This document shows, piece after piece, positions 55,196 to 57,869 of a DNA stretch of 57,869 nt. Within the stretch, counting starts at the first letter, position 1. Each line of letters opens with the position of its first letter. Origin of the DNA: Candidatus Micrarchaeota archaeon (lineage in GTDB: Archaea; Micrarchaeota; Micrarchaeia; Anstonellales; Bilamarchaeaceae). The translations under genes were made by a program, and so were the position numbers. The notes under the pieces were generated by a model. That model saw nothing but the letters and a program-made list of their open reading frames with translations. It was not told the origin of the DNA and ran no database searches. The DNA lies in assembly GCA_040753215.1 (NCBI GenBank), contig JBFMEZ010000003.1, positions 1-57,869 on the forward strand, given 5' to 3'.

Positions 55196-56297
55196 CTATT
55201 TATGGCTGCCAAAAAGCTCATTGAATCTTGCAGCCACTTTTCGACGTAGATTGTACGTATCAGCGAAGCCGGCATAGGCAAGCCAGCCCTCCAGGCTCCG
55301 CACAACCTCTTTTCTGCCAATCTCTCCTTTCTCATATCCACGGCCAAATCTCTCAAGACGCTTCCAAATCCGTTTTGCGTTGCTTTTCTTCAGCAGTTTA
55401 TACCGATAAAATACCCGAAAGCCGAGCAGGGTGATGCCTTTTCTCAGCAGGATGATCTTTGATTTTTCAGGATGCAGCTCAAGTCCCAGCCGTTCGCGCA
55501 AGAAAGTAGATATCTCGTCTTTCCAGCGTTCAAGCAGCGCCCTATCACGATGCAGTATAACAAAATCATCCACGTAACGGAGGTAATACCTGGCTTTCAG
55601 CGCATGCTTTACGAACTGGTCAAGCTCATCGAGATAGACATTTGCAAAGAACTGCGAAGTCAGGTTGCCTAGAGGCATTCCCTTGCCGGGTATGGCTGTT
55701 TTGTGATGCTCCAGGATGACCTTTATCAGCCATAATACGTGAGGGTCCCTTATCCTGTGCCGGATTATCTCCAGCAGAATTTGATGGTCAACACTGTCGA
55801 AATAGTGCTTTATATCGGCTTTCAGGGCAAAGCCGACAACTGCGTTTCCGTCAGTTTCCTGGGGGGGGGCGGAGAGTTCTCTGGTTTCCTGTTTCCAGTC
55901 TTCCGTTTCCGGTTACTCTGCGTAGAAACCGCTCAAACCTTCTTATCGCTGCGTGCGTTCCTTTCCCCTTGCGATTAGCGAAGGAGTCGTAGATAAAATT
56001 TCTCTCGAATAGCGGCTCTATGATGTTGCATAGAGCATGATGGACAACACGGTCCCGGAAGTGGGACGCGCTTATCCTCCTTGTTTTCGGATCGCGTATC
56101 GTGAAGGTTGTCAATGGAGCCGGCCGGTAGGAAAATGCCTCCAGCTCCCCTTTCAGCTGCCCAAGATTACTTTCCAGGTCTGCCTCGAATTCAACGACGT
56201 ATTCCTTCGTTGTTTTTCTTTTCCTTGCCTTTATGAAGGCAAGCCTGAGATTCTCATAAGAGCAAAGCTGCGGATACAAGTTCCTGTTCGTTTCCAT
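55196..56297 (-). CDS. DGR reverse transcriptase, frameshifted at a C9 run (55861-55869)
   Basis: DPK.R.I.A..FRDRVVHHAL, GKGTH, LKADI..YF.SVDH, G.PLGNLTSQ (DGR-type SQ), RYVDD, L.LHP.K, LG; 366 aa if the run is C8. Confidence 0.92.
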
Positions 56298-56325
56298 GGC
56301 TCCCACATAAGAGGAAAATGAAGAA

Positions 56326-56663
56326 TCCTAGAATGCAAGCCCAGGTCATTCCGAGCCTGTTGGACGCCTGGTAGTCCGCGTTGACGTTCTGCCTGTTGTT
56401 GTAGTCGTTCCAGTTGTTGTTGCCGCGGGCAACAAGGCCCCAAAGTAACCCATCTGCTCATTTGGCGCTTTCGCACCGACACCGCGGCTTCAGGATTTCA
56501 GTCGCTATGTCCTACTCACTGTCGCCGCTGAATTTCATGTCCGGCACACCAGGCGGGGGAGCACCCCCTCCTAGTGGAACCAACCCCCCATCAAGGGGGT
56601 AGTTAGCTCCGGTCAGAGCCGGCACTGCAGACGAGTGTGTGGCCTAGGGCTTGCACCCTAGGA
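56326..56663 (-). ncRNA. Predicted folded DGR RNA enclosing TR
   Basis: 56643-56662 is complementary to 56327-56345; internal hairpins with GNRA loops; too short for an Avd-sized ORF upstream of TR. Confidence 0.65.
56351..56440 (-). repeat. DGR template repeat (TR); IMH*-like CGGAAT at 56353-56348
   Basis: 90 nt, 26 adenines, nine AAC codons in the target frame; matches VR 56927-57013. Confidence 0.95.
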
Positions 56664-56685
56664 ATGAAAGAAAAGAAGAGATCGT

Positions 56686-57663
56686 TTAAAAACGTGCCTT
56701 TCCAATGGCTGCCAGGAACTCCCTGAGCGGTGCCGCGAGTTGTTCATCGACTACCCCGCTCATTCTCTCAACAGCGCCTGTTGCTCCCTGATACAATTCG
56801 CTTAATTTAGCAATTGAAACACCAGGTACTTCGATAACCGCCTTTTCGTCTGTTTTGACAGCCGGAGGTTTGCTGATGAGGGCCTCAATTTTTGCGGCGT
56901 CCCCTTGGGGGACTTCTGCCACCACCCCGAGCCTGTTGGACGCCACGTAGTCCGCGTTGACGTACTGCCTGTCGACGTAGCCGTCCCAGTTGTCGCCGCG
57001 GGCAACAAGGCCCGCGCCAGAACCATCTGGTCTCCATAAATGCCTACTGCCCTTTCCTTCAGTCTGTCTGCCATGAGGAATGCCCGTTTCAGCATGTGGC
57101 ATGTACCGGCCAGTTGAGGGAGGAAAATTCGGAACCATGATTAATCTGTCATTTGCCGTAAGCAATTGAATTTCGCTTACTGCGTTAAGGTCTAATGCCA
57201 GCAGATATTCAATGCCATTGGCCCGTAAAAGCTCCTGAAGAGTTCGTTGTTTGCCATTTATCGTATAAGCAATATCTGCTGATGTCAAACCTTGACCCAC
57301 CAATGCAACATCTTGTTCTCCTTTATATCTGCCCGTAGCCTGAACCACGCGTGGATTGCCTTCTACTGAAAAGACTATCTCGTCGCCTAATTTGATTCCT
57401 GGCTTTTCAAAAGCAATAGAAGCATCAACTACAAAAGCAGGCAGGCTTCTCCATGTTTCCCCAACGGTCAGTGCAGCATCTGCTACTTTGTGAGACACGA
57501 CCGTAAGCTTGGTTCCATGTTCTGCATTAAAGCCATCTACCAAAGGATGGGCGTCAAAAAGCCTTGTTGAACCGCCCGCCCTGAGAACGACGAGGTTCCT
57601 GGGCTGACCCTGAACCTGTACCCTTAGCAATTCCTTTCCTTGGATTTGACCACAACCGTTCAT
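56686..57663 (-). CDS. DGR target protein with internal variable region
   Basis: Encodes VR GLVARGDNWDGYVDRQYVNADYVASNRLG followed by ~80 further residues. Confidence 0.92.
   Translation of the reverse strand: MNGCGQIQGKELLRVQVQGQPRNLVVLRAGGSTRLFDAHPLVDGFNAEHGTKLTVVSHKVADAALTVGETWRSLPAFVVDASIAFEKPGIKLGDEIVFSVEGNPRVVQATGRYKGEQDVALVGQGLTSADIAYTINGKQRTLQELLRANGIEYLLALDLNAVSEIQLLTANDRLIMVPNFPPSTGRYMPHAETGIPHGRQTEGKGSRHLWRPDGSGAGLVARGDNWDGYVDRQYVNADYVASNRLGVVAEVPQGDAAKIEALISKPPAVKTDEKAVIEVPGVSIAKLSELYQGATGAVERMSGVVDEQLAAPLREFLAAIGKARF
56927..57013 (-). repeat. DGR variable repeat (VR); IMH-like CGGGGT (56929-56924) and hairpin 56899-56913
   Basis: 87 nt; vs TR: 9 substitutions (8 at TR adenines, one C>G) and one AAC codon deletion; downstream GTCCCC-CAA-GGGGAC. 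Confidence 0.95.
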
Positions 57664-57869
57664 GATTACACCTCTCTATTTGGTAAGTATATTTATGCAC
57701 CAACATACTTAAAAACCTATCTATTAACACATTTATGTTTCCTGCTTGAGTTTTGCGTTTCCTGAAAAGTAGATAAATTAACGACGTGCATATGGATTTT
57801 GAAGTTGATCCCCATGCACGCCGCTAACGTCGAAGTTATCGACAACATTTTGAAGGAGTTTGGATTTTT

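Larger units (their letters stand above)
2729..55911. repeat. Dispersed family of short heptamer arrays (NGGAAAC / GTTTCCN), about 20 loci
   Basis: Arrays start at 2729, 2869, 2984, 8749, 15824, 16005, 16084, 27824, 29525, 33156, 33225, 36757, 36787, 36891, 40036, 40618, 43693, 43819, 44931, 55107 and 55884. Confidence 0.85.
55196..57663 (-). mobile_element. Diversity-generating retroelement cassette (target-VR, structured RNA, TR, RT)
   Basis: RT plus a TR/VR pair with adenine-biased mismatches, all co-oriented. Confidence 0.95.

Noticed and set aside
2729..55911. Heptamer arrays as CRISPR repeats
   Set aside because: Units are 7 nt, tandem, degenerate and dispersed, with no repeat-spacer periodicity.
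55196..56297. RT as a group II intron, retron or Abi RT
   Set aside because: Short length, the LGNLTSQ motif, no maturase or endonuclease domain and an adjacent A-biased TR/VR pair all indicate a DGR RT.
56441..56685. Self-cleaving ribozyme or group I intron in the DGR spacer
   Set aside because: I could not find complete hammerhead, HDV or group I core motifs by eye; kept only as a generic structured RNA.
55040..57869. att-site duplication of the tRNA-Leu 3' end bounding the DGR as an integrated island
   Set aside because: No second copy of the tRNA 3' end and no integrase within the window; the boundary may lie beyond the edge.
57814..57869. Start of a plus-strand gene (MHAANVEVIDNILKEFGF..)
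   Set aside because: Truncated by the window edge and too short to support a call.

Overview
Archaeal chromosomal segment, most consistent with a DPANN archaeon (Micrarchaeota-like is an inference from gene content, not a database result). Most of it is housekeeping: map, lhr, rnz, sepF, cdc6, acdAB, fibrillarin, dys, PINA, sua5, carAB, argGH, rpoF/rpl21e, tbp, srp54, rpoE1/spt4, rps26e, and four tRNAs (two with introns). Main findings: (1) A diversity-generating retroelement (DGR) beside tRNA-Leu at the right end, all on the minus strand: target gene with an internal VR, ~245 nt of structured non-coding sequence where avd usually lies, TR, then RT. Its 5' end can form a ~19-bp duplex with the spacer just 3' of TR, and the RT is frameshifted at a C9 run. 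(2) A second DGR-target paralog ~56 kb away with its own IMH-like motif and hairpins. (3) About 20 dispersed arrays of a degenerate heptamer (NGGAAAC, mostly 3-5 units) in tRNA flanks, a tRNA intron, intergenic spacers and in-frame inside proteins, including CarB, TrmJ, Hsp20 and the DGR RT. (4) A free-standing box C/D RNA with a 109-nt insert whose guides fit tRNA-Trp positions 34 and 39. (5) An IS200/IS605 tnpB-only element that precisely splits an RlmN-like radical SAM gene. All calls come from reading the sequence by eye; no searches or folding programs were run.
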